NCBI GenBank assembly: GCA_000708835.1 | Contig: DF237247.1 | Span: 45,021-109,020, forward strand | Direction of reading: 5' to 3' | Length of the DNA stretch: 64,000 nt | Origin: Klebsormidium nitens | Taxonomy: Eukaryota; Plantae; Klebsormidiophyceae | Part shown: in pieces, positions 12,111 to 24,019 of the stretch | Layout: every line of letters starts with the position of its first letter | Position numbering within the stretch: position 1 is the first letter of the stretch | Notes under the pieces: model-generated | What the model was told of the DNA's origin: nothing | The model's database searches: none | What the model saw: the letters and a program-made list of their open reading frames with translations, nothing else | Translations under genes and position numbers: made by a program

Positions 12111-15100
12111 CTGCCCCAGGTTCGGCCCCGAGCAATGCGCCGCGTCGCCGATGAGAACTGCCTGGCCCCGGGGGTCGTGATACTGGCTGCACTTCAACTG
12201 CAGCGTTGGAACGATTGCGTCACTTGAGCCGTCATTTCCGAATCCTTCATTTCCTTCCGTTCCTCATTGACTCGTTAGCCGTTGGTCTGGGCTGTGTCAC
12301 CTCTCGACAAGATATCGGGAAGTGGGCTGTTCACCTCTCGACACGAAATCAATTTTCGATAAAACCGAACCGTTCAAGGCTTGCGGGCGGAAGTGGGTTT
12401 AAAAACCTGAGACGCTGGAGGAATTGGTACTTTTCCGAGGCCGGAAGCTGCAAGGATTCGCGTTTCTGGATTGTGACATCATCCGCTGTCTTGCTGTTTA
12501 CCAGCTTATCGAATGCTATTCAGCAACAGTCATAGCCCGCAAGAAAGCCCTGAAGCATCCTAGGATTGGTTCTCAATGACACTCCTCAAACGAATGGTTT
12601 ACAGCCACCTCAAAGCCGCGCGCGGGTCGCTGCGCCTTGAGCCGCGCGGCCGCGTCTTCGGGAACCTCGAGCCACGGGAACGTCTCCTCCAGGAACCGTT
12701 TCGCGTCCCGGGGGGTCTGCTGGGCGTGCCATTCCGCCGGAAAGGTTCCGGTCGGCCACTTGAGGATGAACGACATGGATGAATGCTCCGGGTCCGGACT
12801 GCAGGCGATTCCGCTGATTAAGAATCTAAACTCGATCTTCGGATCACGTTGGCCGGAAAAAGGATCAAAATTCAGGATGAGAAAAGTTGAGGAAGAAGAA
12901 GCGAGGAAGGAGGCAAATTTGCCTCTGGTCGGAGGTTAGGAAGAATAGAAGACGAGAAGCACGAGAGAACAAACACACGAGATTCCGTAGCTCACAGACA
13001 AGGAGAAATTGAGGAGATTAGACAGGGTCCAGAGCTTCCCTACGACTCCTCGATTACTTCGCTTTGTTAGGATGAAGCTCCTTCCCGGCGGGGAGTGATC
13101 AAACCACTGGCGATTCAAAGCAACGGGTAGAATGTGAGGAGCACGTATAGAGGAGTTCGCTTCCGTTGGACAATCCCTGCAACTTAGAATAGCCCCCCTT
13201 GAACTTACCTCGTCCCTGACACCGCCAAGCGCAAAGTAACGAAGAAACGAAAAAGGAGACAAACAATACCTAACAACGCCAAGCGCAAAGTTATAATGAA
13301 ATGACAAGGGAAATATACAACCAAAACAGTCTTCTCACATTGGGCTTGGCAGCATGATTCCGTGCAGGCCTTTCTTGCGGTATCCGATGACGATGACGAC
13401 ATCGTGACGTACTTTGGGCGGGACTGGAATGTTCGCCACGACCCAATCGGTTCCCAGGTCCTTCTGCTCGTACTCGAAGCTGGAAGGAACGGGACCTGTA
13501 GCTTAGGGGCCGCTCCGTGTCCGTCTTTCACACAACGTTTTCGTACTTGGGTTTCCCAACCTTATTCGCGGCTTCGTCATTTGGTTCGTTTGAGTAACCC
13601 TGTTCTTCTCCGGTTCGGCAAGCGTGCGTCAAACTAAGCCGAAAACGCGATTCATCGCCTTTGAAAGCCTAGAATTGGTGTGGACAGTCGGAAGCTTTGC
13701 CGCTTTTGGAAGAAGCGAAAGCGTGGAAAGACGTGCAAACCAATCAAGGCTAAGAATCCCAGAGAGATTGACACCGGGTCTGCTCGTGCATAGAGCCGAA
13801 CCTGGCACCGCCCAAACAATCTGTATAGAAAAAGACGTGGCTCTCCAATCGGCATCCGGTTGACAGACTTCTCGTCGTTGACTAAATCCGCTGTGGACTC
13901 AATGTTAATGCCTCCTACCAGAGGGTCGCCCATAACCCAGCGTGGTTAAGGAAGTAACTAATTCAATCTGTGCGACTGTCGGCATTCGAACGATCGAAGA
14001 AAAGCGTTACCTCGGCAGGTGCTGCATGACGGCGCTTCTCACAACCGAGCGCGCCCCATCTGCGCCCACCAGCAAGTCTTACTCCTTCTCAATGTGAACC
14101 GGCTCCGCTCCCGCCGGTGCGGTGTGAATTGCATCCGCTCCCGCAGACGGTTCGCTTAAGTTCCGTTGATCCCGCTTTCCGTTCCGAGATCCGTTCCTTA
14201 TTCTTCCTTCGTCTCCCGTTCCACTTCGCCTTCCGTTCCCCTTCGACAATCCGTTTGCATCTCCGTTCTCCGTCCCGTTCTGGCCGCCTTGATTTTTAAC
14301 TCCCGTTCCGTTTGCCTTTCCGTTCCCCTTCGACTCTCCGCTTCGGTTTCCGGTTGCCGTTCCGTTTTGTCCGCTAAAGTGGCACCGGAAGTCGGGCGAG
14401 CCGGCGAAGCGCGCGCGGCGGCGCTCGAGGTCGACGCCGGTGCAGCGGTGTTCGAAATGGACGTCCAACAGGCCGGAGGCTCCATACCTGATTCCCCCAG
14501 AAAAGGGATAGGTTCCTAACGGCCCTTGTTAGAGCGCAGCAAACGATTTTGCCTCCTTTTGCTCTGCTTCAAGCATAAAGCTTCCTTGGCTGAGCGAAAG
14601 GGCAAGGGTGAAAGGACGAAAGTCCGGCACAAGGTTTAAGCAGAGCGCAGACGCCCTAAAGATTTGATTGCACAGCTAGATCCGCAACCACATAATCGAT
14701 GATGGGACCATCTCTCAAGGCAGAACGGACTAGAACGAAAAGGCCGACACATTCAGAAGCTTCCGGCTCACCAGCGGTTTCAGATTCCAACCCTATCACC
14801 TTGCAAGAGAGGGTCTTGCAAAGAATGTCTATTTCTTCGGCAGCGCAATGTCGAGTTGCGTCCCAGCGCACCTTTCCAAGAGCAGCGTCAGCATTGCGGC
14901 GCACATCATGGCTCGGTCGTTCATGGTTGCGCGCACCTTCTGGTTGGGACGCAGGAGGTCGAACAGGTGTCCGAACAGGTAGATGCTGCGATGATCGATC
15001 TCGATCGCACATGCCTGTAGCCAAAATGACAGCTGTCAGGATCAGCATCTTGTTCTCCAGCACACGACAAACAGAGGTTGAAAAACATGCTATTCTGTCG

Positions 15101-18100
15101 GCCCATGGGTGGAGTAACGGGTTAGGTCTCTCAGTTGATCACTGTGAAACCGACTGAAAAACAGCAGCTGCTGTATGAAACAGCATGTAATGGCAGCACG
15201 TAATGACTCACACAGTGCCTTTCTGGAGCAACCCAAGCTGAATGAAAATACTCGAGAAAACTATCAGAGCTTATGCAGGTGACTGGCCATTCAGGACAAA
15301 GAGGATGCTTGTGCAGAACTTCGGTGAGTGGATCCCGTTGGCACAACCAGCAAAAATGCATAGTCTCAGATGTTCAAGTCCAGCCCAGTTCTTTGACCTT
15401 GACAAAGTGCAAGCTTGTAGTAATAGTTCCGCACCTTGACAGCTGCTCGTGAGCTCACTTTGTTTTGAGCAAGAAAAAAGTGGGACCTCCTCAACAGTGA
15501 AATGCGTCTTTGGCTCACTTTGACAGCTTCCCACAACCCAGGCACTCCTTGGAGGGCCAGCCCTTTGGCGGCAATGCCAATTCAGTACCTACAGCGAGGC
15601 CAGCTTTGAGTGGGTAAGTGAAAGCAATCTCGGACGTGCAGTAGGATTGGCCATTTATGTCCAACTAGTCAGCCAGCTGAGGAGAGGGGTTATGCAGATC
15701 AAGCAAGTCAAGGAGGCCTCTCGCTTTGCTCAAAGGGACGGGCACTTGGAGGTCCTCAGGGTACTCAAGAAACTTCATGGGTTCCATGCATCTGTTTCTC
15801 ACCAGACAACAAACATGCGCTGCAAACCCAATGATCATCTGCGGAGCACCCTATGGAGCACGGTGCCACAGCTGTGTGATTAACATGTTAACATTCAAAT
15901 CCCAACAATCATTGTGAAGATCAGCAGCATTGTCATTCCCAAGCTGCACCTTCCACAACCGATTAGGATAGCCTAAAACATCACTCCCGCACATCATATC
16001 TCTACACCCCAACAATGCCAAAACCCTAGAACCTCAAACCATACATTGCCCAGCCCACCTACGGTGTGTCGGTGGTCGCTGCGCCGTCTCCCGCGGGTCC
16101 TCTGCTCCATCAAACATTGAGATTCTGAATCGCCCATTTCCTTTGTCGAGTAGATAGTGGGCCAAAACAAGGCCTGCCGGTCCTGCCCCTACGATGACCA
16201 CGCGCATGGGCTGATCCGGGCTTGGCAGGCGAGGCCCTGTTTCCTTGTCGCGCACCATATCTATTAAGCCCAATAGGGTGATGGTAACCCGCTTTAGCTG
16301 ACACAAGAAAGCTTCTTCTCAACTAGACTCCAAAACAAGTTAAAGAATGCCTGTCCGGTCCCTTCGAAAAGGGCAATCCGAAAAGAAGACCTCAGGAAGT
16401 TTTCAGATATAAGTGGACCTAGAAAATGTCGAGCGTTTCTCTTGGCGAGGGTATGTAGGGGTGAGCAGATCTGAAGATGTGGTTTTGCAAGGCGTGTGCT
16501 TGCAATGAATTTACGCCGAACCTGCTCTGCCGATGTCCGATCAGCACCAATGCATCTGAAAAAGGATTATGAGGGGATTGCAAGGACAAGCAGAGCAGAA
16601 CATTCAGAGACAGGGTGCTCTTTCTAAAAGCTTGCATCTCTATTGCCACTCAGCAGAGCAAATCTGTGTAATGGTCAGGCCAACAAGCACCCGTATGAGA
16701 CTCCAATAAGACCGATTTGAGTAAAAATTGAAAGTTTCCCATATCTAGCTGACTGGTGGGCAGCTCAATGTGATCAGCTCAATGTACGTTACTCAAGAGG
16801 CAAGAAGGTTGATTTTGACCAGCTTCAAACTTCTGTGTCCGGTTAGGAACAGCTGCCGACATGCCCTGCATTCACTACCTAGCATAGTGTCTTGCTTGGA
16901 CACATCGGTCAGCTTGAATCAAGATCTCCCTGCAAGGTAGAAGCATTCATGGCAGGGATATCTTTCCTATGTCCACTTGTGCCGCATTGCAGGAGTTTCT
17001 CACAGGAGAAAATAGAAGTAGAAGTTCGAGACTGAGAAACCACCTCCAGGACTTTCGCCGTCGGAGGGGTTTCCAAAGCGGTGCATGATCAGATCGTCGT
17101 GTATTATGCACATCAACTCATAAATTTAAAATTACTCTGCTCCGAGATCGAAGCGGATAGCACCAGCAAGCAGGTCAAAACTGTTGTGAAAACGACAACA
17201 CTTCTTTCGACGCTTTCGATACAAACCCGCAAGCGGCGGTCGACGTTGAGCCTGGCCAGTTCTTCCCGGCTTGCTCAATGATGATGACAGCCGGATCTAA
17301 CGACACAACTAACGTCAAGAATACGGAGTGCTCGGGGGACTGCTAGGTTGAGTTTGGTTAGATGGGGTTTTGGGCACATACTACCGGTACATACTACCCA
17401 CTGGGGCAACGGACAAAGTTCCCGAAATAAATTTTGGTAGAGTTGGAGACGAACGATCGAGACCGTCGATCGACCAGAACGGTACCCACCGCCAGGAATT
17501 CGACCAGACGACCCGTACCAGTTGTCCGATACTGGTACGAGGACCGGACCTAGTACCACGACTTCAACCGGGCACTCGTACTAGCCTCACAACCCGTCCC
17601 TGGTAAATTTGGTAGTGTCGAGACTTTACGGTCGGACCGTCGGATGAGCAATCCGACGGCCGAATATGTCTTTTGATCGGCTGACACTGTGCACGCGAAA
17701 ACCCTCCAATGTCACGAACCAACTTTTTAAGCAACCCAATACAACGCTTTCAAGATAACGGAGGCCGCAAACTCAAAAAGGTCACCATGCCGATTGCGCA
17801 AATGTCCACCAAATGTTGTGCTGATTAGTGCCAACATTAGCACGCATATAGACGAGGCTTCATTGCAATTTACAGCTTCTGAAAAGATGGAAAGACCTGA
17901 AAATAAGAGTAGGCTGCCTACAATGCTTAGCGACCCCTAGCTCTTAATCGTGAACATTCAAGACTGCCGTCGGCCGTGCTTCAAAATACGCAGTAAGGCG
18001 TCGCAAAATCACTCTTACAAATTTGACTCCGGCCAAGACTCGACCGGTGACGTCATCAGTTCCGACCGTACGACTCCAATTTTGTACGGCCCGTGGGCCG

Positions 18101-18999
18101 GCGACACTACCTCGACTCGATGACGATTGATTTGGACCAAAACTTTCGCCGGACGGGACTTGACACAATGCCAAACTGGCCGACCAAGTTCGTCCTAGAT
18201 GTCTACCCCTCCAGTGAGGGCGGACTGGTCGTGCTTAGGGTCAAGTCACAAAGCACTGACAGTGTGTTAGGGTTACGCCCCTTCCCTGTGACGGTTTGTT
18301 AGGGCTACATTCCTTCCCTGTGACTGCTCTCCGATTAGGGTTCCCACTAACGGCAGAGCCATTGGTCTTAGGTTTTTAGTGTGCTTTGAGGCTACCCGAC
18401 CAGGTCTGAGTGTCCAATCACGTCCGGACCGTTGAGTACCGCGTCCGATTCTACCAAAATCTATTCAGCAACTTTGTGCCTCTTGCCACGCTCGGTAGCC
18501 CTGCTGGGCTCTCTTGAAACATATTGGTTTAGGCCTTTTAACACTTTGGTTATGTTTGTATCCCCGGGCACCACTCTAGCTTTTTCAACATGCAAGGCGG
18601 CAAGCCCTTGGACCACAATCGAAGGTCGCCGGTCCACCGGCTCGGCTCCCCCGACCCCCCCGGCTGAGTTTGCTTGGCGCAGTTTAGAACAAGAAACCCT
18701 AACTAAAAGTTAACCCTGTCCGTCACATAAGAACTTCTAATCCTCTTCTCGAACTCATTGGTGTTATGCTTGATTTCAGGAGGATAGAGTTTTTCGCCTT
18801 CCATCTACATCGTTCACATAAACCCCAATGTCGAAAGCTCTAGGCTGTTATGCCGCCCAGGTCTCGGCCCCGGGTTCCAGTGCCGGGCCGGTTGTAGAAT
18901 CAAGGTGCCGCGTCTGCTTCTTACGTGACACGTCACCGTCAGAAGTCTTGGGACCGAAACGCTCTGGTAACCAAAGAGTGACTTAACAGCGGGATGACT

Positions 19000-19100
19000 T
19001 CAGATAGGCACCCGGGAGACGGGTGGGGTTAGTATGATGGTTAGGGTGGGTTTGGGTGCGAAGCGGGTGATTATCTGGGTTAGGCTTTTCAGTTTGTTCG
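19000..19100 (+). repeat. ~100-bp dispersed repeat, inverted relative to the copy at 33915-34015
   Basis: 19008-19033 gcacccgggagacgggtggggttagt matches the reverse complement of 33981-34006 at 25/26 nt. Similarity continues inward (ggtgat..tctgggtta...tttt.agtt). Confidence 0.75.
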
Positions 19101-19320
19101 GTCGGGAATTGTGAATCTTAAGTCACTCACCCGTTAAGTCACCCCGGGGTTACCAGTATGGCTTCAAAGCCGCCGGCCCGTGACGACAGGCCGCCCGAAT
19201 CGGGATTAATTCCTGTACGAAAGTGGGCTGCTCATTAATTGTTCTGGATCGGGTAGAACTGGCGCGGCAGTAAGCTAGGGCTAGCTACTGCGCCTATACC
19301 GTAGTCTCACAGTGCTATTA

Positions 19321-20302
19321 NNNNNNNNNNNNNNNNNNNNNNNNNNNNNNNNNNNNNNNNNNNNNNNNNNNNNNNNNNNNNNNNNNNNNNNNNNNNNNNN
19401 NNNNNNNNNNNNNNNNNNNNNNNNNNNNNNNNNNNNNNNNNNNNNNNNNNNNNNNNNNNNNNNNNNNNNNNNNNNNNNNNNNNNNNNNNNNNNNNNNNNN
19501 NNNNNNNNNNNNNNNNNNNNNNNNNNNNNNNNNNNNNNNNNNNNNNNNNNNNNNNNNNNNNNNNNNNNNNNNNNNNNNNNNNNNNNNNNNNNNNNNNNNN
19601 NNNNNNNNNNNNNNNNNNNNNNNNNNNNNNNNNNNNNNNNNNNNNNNNNNNNNNNNNNNNNNNNNNNNNNNNNNNNNNNNNNNNNNNNNNNNNNNNNNNN
19701 NNNNNNNNNNNNNNNNNNNNNNNNNNNNNNNNNNNNNNNNNNNNNNNNNNNNNNNNNNNNNNNNNNNNNNNNNNNNNNNNNNNNNNNNNNNNNNNNNNNN
19801 NNNNNNNNNNNNNNNNNNNNNNNNNNNNNNNNNNNNNNNNNNNNNNNNNNNNNNNNNNNNNNNNNNNNNNNNNNNNNNNNNNNNNNNNNNNNNNNNNNNN
19901 NNNNNNNNNNNNNNNNNNNNNNNNNNNNNNNNNNNNNNNNNNNNNNNNNNNNNNNNNNNNNNNNNNNNNNNNNNNNNNNNNNNNNNNNNNNNNNNNNNNN
20001 NNNNNNNNNNNNNNNNNNNNNNNNNNNNNNNNNNNNNNNNNNNNNNNNNNNNNNNNNNNNNNNNNNNNNNNNNNNNNNNNNNNNNNNNNNNNNNNNNNNN
20101 NNNNNNNNNNNNNNNNNNNNNNNNNNNNNNNNNNNNNNNNNNNNNNNNNNNNNNNNNNNNNNNNNNNNNNNNNNNNNNNNNNNNNNNNNNNNNNNNNNNN
20201 NNNNNNNNNNNNNNNNNNNNNNNNNNNNNNNNNNNNNNNNNNNNNNNNNNNNNNNNNNNNNNNNNNNNNNNNNNNNNNNNNNNNNNNNNNNNNNNNNNNN
20301 NN
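19321..20302. other. Scaffold gap (982 N)
   Basis: Run of N. Confidence 1.
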
Positions 20303-23300
20303 ATTACCTTGTACTACGGTAGTAGCTCAGTGGCTGAGCCTGAAACTACTGTAGCTGCGCGCCGCAAAACTTCACCGCACTGCACAGAGCGCACAATAAT
20401 GCTAGCCCTGTGAAATAAAACACATCACGTTGAGCAAACAATCAATGTAAATTAAAGTGTGATCAGCTTCTCTGGTGATCAGCTGCCATAGCCAAATCAA
20501 TGCTTTCTCCTTACCTGCCAGATGCAGGAGTTTCAACGTTTGAGTCTTTCTTGTGTTGGCAACTCTCTGGCGAGCTATAAACCTTTCCGTAAGATGCCTG
20601 CACGTCAAGATTTGCAGTTGAAGAAGCCAAGAGAGAGGCACGTTCCGCTTGATACCTTTGTATAAAACGCCGCGGACCCGAAATTTTTATCGAGGGCAAA
20701 AATGGGGGGGTTTGAAGCACGTTTTGACACGTTTTGAAACAGAGGGATTTGCAGGCCAGAACCAGCCTTCATTTCTTCTCTCCCAAGTTCGCACCCTGAA
20801 AGCTGCAGAACTAGCAAGGATTTGCCTCTTTTGTTTCATTCCTTTATAGGAAACCGCCTCTACCATCAAGCTGCCTAGAGACAAGAAACTAGAACTGGCT
20901 GTGCTAGAACTGACTGCACGCAGCTTGACAGCTGCCAAGCCAGTCATGATCATTGCCTGGTTGTTCTTCACCTGTGGTCCAATGCACTTCCGGAAATCCT
21001 GAAAGAGCCCTCCAAAGCTGCAGGAATTGGTCCAAGTAAATCCAGTCTGACAGTCTCACCGTTTGCCTCAAGGAGTAGGCCAGCTGTAAGCTCAAGCAGG
21101 AGTCGGTGACCACCTCTGAAAAGCCATCAATCCCAAGTGGGCTAGAGCATTGTGGAGTCGAGCGGTAGAAAGCTGGCAGGCTATGTCCGAGGGTCAACAC
21201 AGCAGGTAAGCCCTCTTTTGGTATGATCTGCGAGGTGGGAATTATGATATCTGGACTGCATTCAAAGGTCCTCTGTGCACCCGAATGGGTTTATGAGTTT
21301 CTGTCAAGGCAATTGCAACAGATTGTGAGGGCATTTTAGGATGATTATTGGATTGGAGGTTTTTGGAAGTAACTGGGCGACAAAAGTTGAAGTCACCTCT
21401 TGCTGAGTCGTCCAATATGGCAACCTTTTAAGCATGACCAGCTCAAAGCATAAAGATCTGCAATGGCAAATCGTAATACAGGAGGGCTCTGTTAAACCTT
21501 TTGGTCGGTGGTCTTTGTTGACCCTCAACCCTCCAAGCTCAAGCATGTCCATTTGTGTGCATCTGGGCACGTGTGCACCTCAAAGGAGGTTACTTCAAAC
21601 TTGCTTGTCAATTTGAGCAATTTCAATTGAGCAGAGTAGTAAGTCAATGTCCGTAGAAGTTTTCTGTATAGCAGCAGTCCCCCAGCTGTCTCTGTTGGAC
21701 GGGGTCTTATGGGCTCCTTTTCTTTCAGTTTCTGCAGAAACTGAGGATAGGCAATGTGTTCCACATTTCACATATTCATGATCCATGAGTGACAAATATC
21801 ACAAGAGGCAGCATTTCATCTCTTTGTCTTATGCCGCACACCCCTCTTGAGCTTCTCACTCTGACAGAATCTATGCTTGAGAGCCATAGGACCTTGACAG
21901 CTGTCACAACTGTATGGTGGCTATTCTGCAGGTCTGACTCGCCTCCCCAATTTCTGCACCTCACTTGAGGAGGATTCCTTGGAGCATGGCGCCCCATAAC
22001 ATGACAGAGGGCGGCAGCGCGCCCCCAATGCGCAAGACCCCCCCTCAGGAACGAGCTGAGATCAATGCCACAAAGGGGGGTTTTCTTGTGGCTCAAGACA
22101 ACCAATCATCAAGCCCCCCCCAGAACGAAGCAGATCTCCTCAGCCGCCTCCAAGAGATCGTTTGCAGCCACTGTAACAAAGACGAGGCCCCTCCCGACCA
22201 GCCTCTCATGGCGATGGGGATTGACTCCCTGGGTATGGCGTCACTTTCGGAGTGTCTGCAGAAGGAACTGGGGGTCAGGGTTCCGGTGACGACACTCTTT
22301 GAAGTGCCCACGCTTAGGCTTCTGGCTCGTCACATTGGCCAGCAGCTTTTGGGGGGGTGCACAGTTGGACCCACAATGAAGACTTTCATGAATGCAGAGA
22401 CTGAGAAAGTGCAAAGCTCAGAAACTGTGGGGGTGCCAGAGCAGAGGGAAAGTGACTATGGGAGTGGGGCGATAGCAGTAGTGGGAATGGCGTGCCGACT
22501 GCCGGGAGAAGCAAACACGCCAGAGAAGCTGTGGGAAAACCTCGTTGCTGGCCGCGATTGCATCACTCCTGTGCCGCTTGCCAGGTGAGCCAGCCAGCTC
22601 CTGTACAGTCTTATGGTTTCAACCTGTTTCATTACCAGTTCTCAAGTAATTCCTATTATTCAGGTATAAATTCTGTGAGCTCTCTCCCTGGGAATAGAAC
22701 CAGTTCGTGGACACCCTTTTTCAATCTGGACATTTGGGACACTGTACCTCTATTGTTAAGTTTCTAGCGTCCGGGCAGGGGCCAGCAGCTTAAGTCGTGG
22801 ATGCATGAGTCATGACGCACTTCGCAATCGAGCCCACCAGCCTAATTACCATGCAAACCCACCCATCTCTGGGGCGTAGCTCATAGGCTTATTCTTTGAG
22901 AATTGGTTATATGTATCCTAACCTGGTTGCTCTCCCAAATATAGAACCATCCATATGTTGAACATCAACAAGAGAAGCCGCGCCCATCTTTGCATTTTTG
23001 CAAAGCCAGTGTTCAGGCAGTAGCAAAAACCTTTCGCTTTATATCATCATACAAAGGCTTCTCTTCCTGCAGGTGGGACGTAGACGCAGTCGACCGCAGC
23101 GGCCTCAAGCCCCCACTGGAGCCTTGCCTCGACAAGGGCGGCTTTCTGACAGACGCTGAGCTTCTGGACGCGTCTTTTTACGGAATCACTCCTTCCGAAG
23201 TGATTCCACATGGACCCGCAGCACCGGTTGGTCCTGGACGTCTCAACCGAGGCCCTTCTCGAGGTATGGCCCGTCTCGTCATCGACTCGGTCGTTCTCCG

Positions 23301-24004
23301 TTCTTCTTCATGCATCTTTGCGAGACTCGCTTCGCTCCTCTTTCTCTGGAGACGAACAACCGTATGTGGATTCTTAAGCACGGGAATTTCTTCCGCTTGG
23401 TCGCAGATGCAATTGCAGAGGAGGATGAGTCAGCACAGAGCACAATTGCAACATCTTCGAAACAGAGAGGCCGCCCCTGCATCGTGCCTTGTTTGACGTG
23501 TCCCGGTGCATGTTTCTGCTTCTGCAAACCGTAGGCTTTAACTCAAGACGGTTCTTAATTCGAGGTTCCCAATCCGTAACTGTCTTCCCAAGCCCTTCAA
23601 TTCAGTCCAAATAAGGTTCTCAATCTCGTGCAGATCGCTAATATGCGGCATTCTTAAATCCAGGTAGTAGATTTGCAGCCGAAAGATGAAGAGTAACGTT
23701 CAGTCCAGATGAGAATCATGGAAAATATCCTTGTTTTGGTCTTCCGATTCATTTGCGCTATCTTACCACACACAGACTCCAGGTTTCCTCATTCGTTCCA
23801 GGCGGGTTTTACCAAGGCAACCCTGGCTGGGAGCAAGACCGGCGTCTTTGTGGGCATCTCTAAAATGGAGTGGGGGGCGTTTCCCGTGCACGCCAAAGAG
23901 CCGTCCGCGTACTCCCTCCCGGGAACAGTGCTCTCTATGGCGTCCGGCCGCGTCTCGCGCCTCTTTGACCTTCACGTAAGCCCTCCAAGCTTGAGGGCTT
24001 CGCT

Positions 24005-24019
24005 TGTGTGTGTGTGTGT
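24005..24019. repeat. (TG)n microsatellite
   Basis: tgtgtgtgtgtgtgt in the PKS intron just after the truncated KS exon. Confidence 0.8.

Larger units (their letters stand above)
9442..16258 (-). pseudogene. FAD-dependent monooxygenase (group A flavoprotein monooxygenase, kynurenine 3-monooxygenase-like) with two premature stops
   Basis: Exons (-) 16258-16059, 15588-15519, 15014-14872, 14487-14011, 13479-13339, 12798-12609, 12197-12054, 10764-10618, 10035-9937, and tentatively 9642-9442; all are phase-compatible. Motifs: VVIVGAGPAG (GxGxxG), DLLVGADGARSVVR (DG motif), VLIGDAAHCSGPNLGQGCNIGMQDA (GD motif). In-frame TGA at 15582-15584 and TAA at 14079-14081. Confidence 0.85.

Noticed and set aside
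14079-15584. Monooxygenase stops rescued by readthrough or RNA editing (TGA/TAA to TGG or CGA/CAA)
   Set aside because: Tyr is expected at the TAA site, which these edits would not restore. No such nuclear editing is known to me in this lineage, and the adjacent PKS is also decayed.
16400-17345. Small plus-strand exon-like pieces (for example Cys-containing NCCENDNTSFDAFDTNP...)
   Set aside because: No consistent multi-exon frame or recognisable motif could be built.
18236-18710. Scattered TTAGGG / AAACCCTAA motifs as an interstitial telomere
   Set aside because: Isolated hexamers and one ~33-bp duplication, not a tandem array.
19312-20322. 336-aa ORF in the ORF track
   Set aside because: Artefact of translating the N gap.
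20400-21931. Upstream loading domain (acyl-AMP ligase or NRPS adenylation) for the PKS N-terminal ACP
   Set aside because: An acceptor at 21931 and a donor at about 21205 hint at upstream exons, but all frames are stop-ridden and no AMP-binding motif could be recognised.
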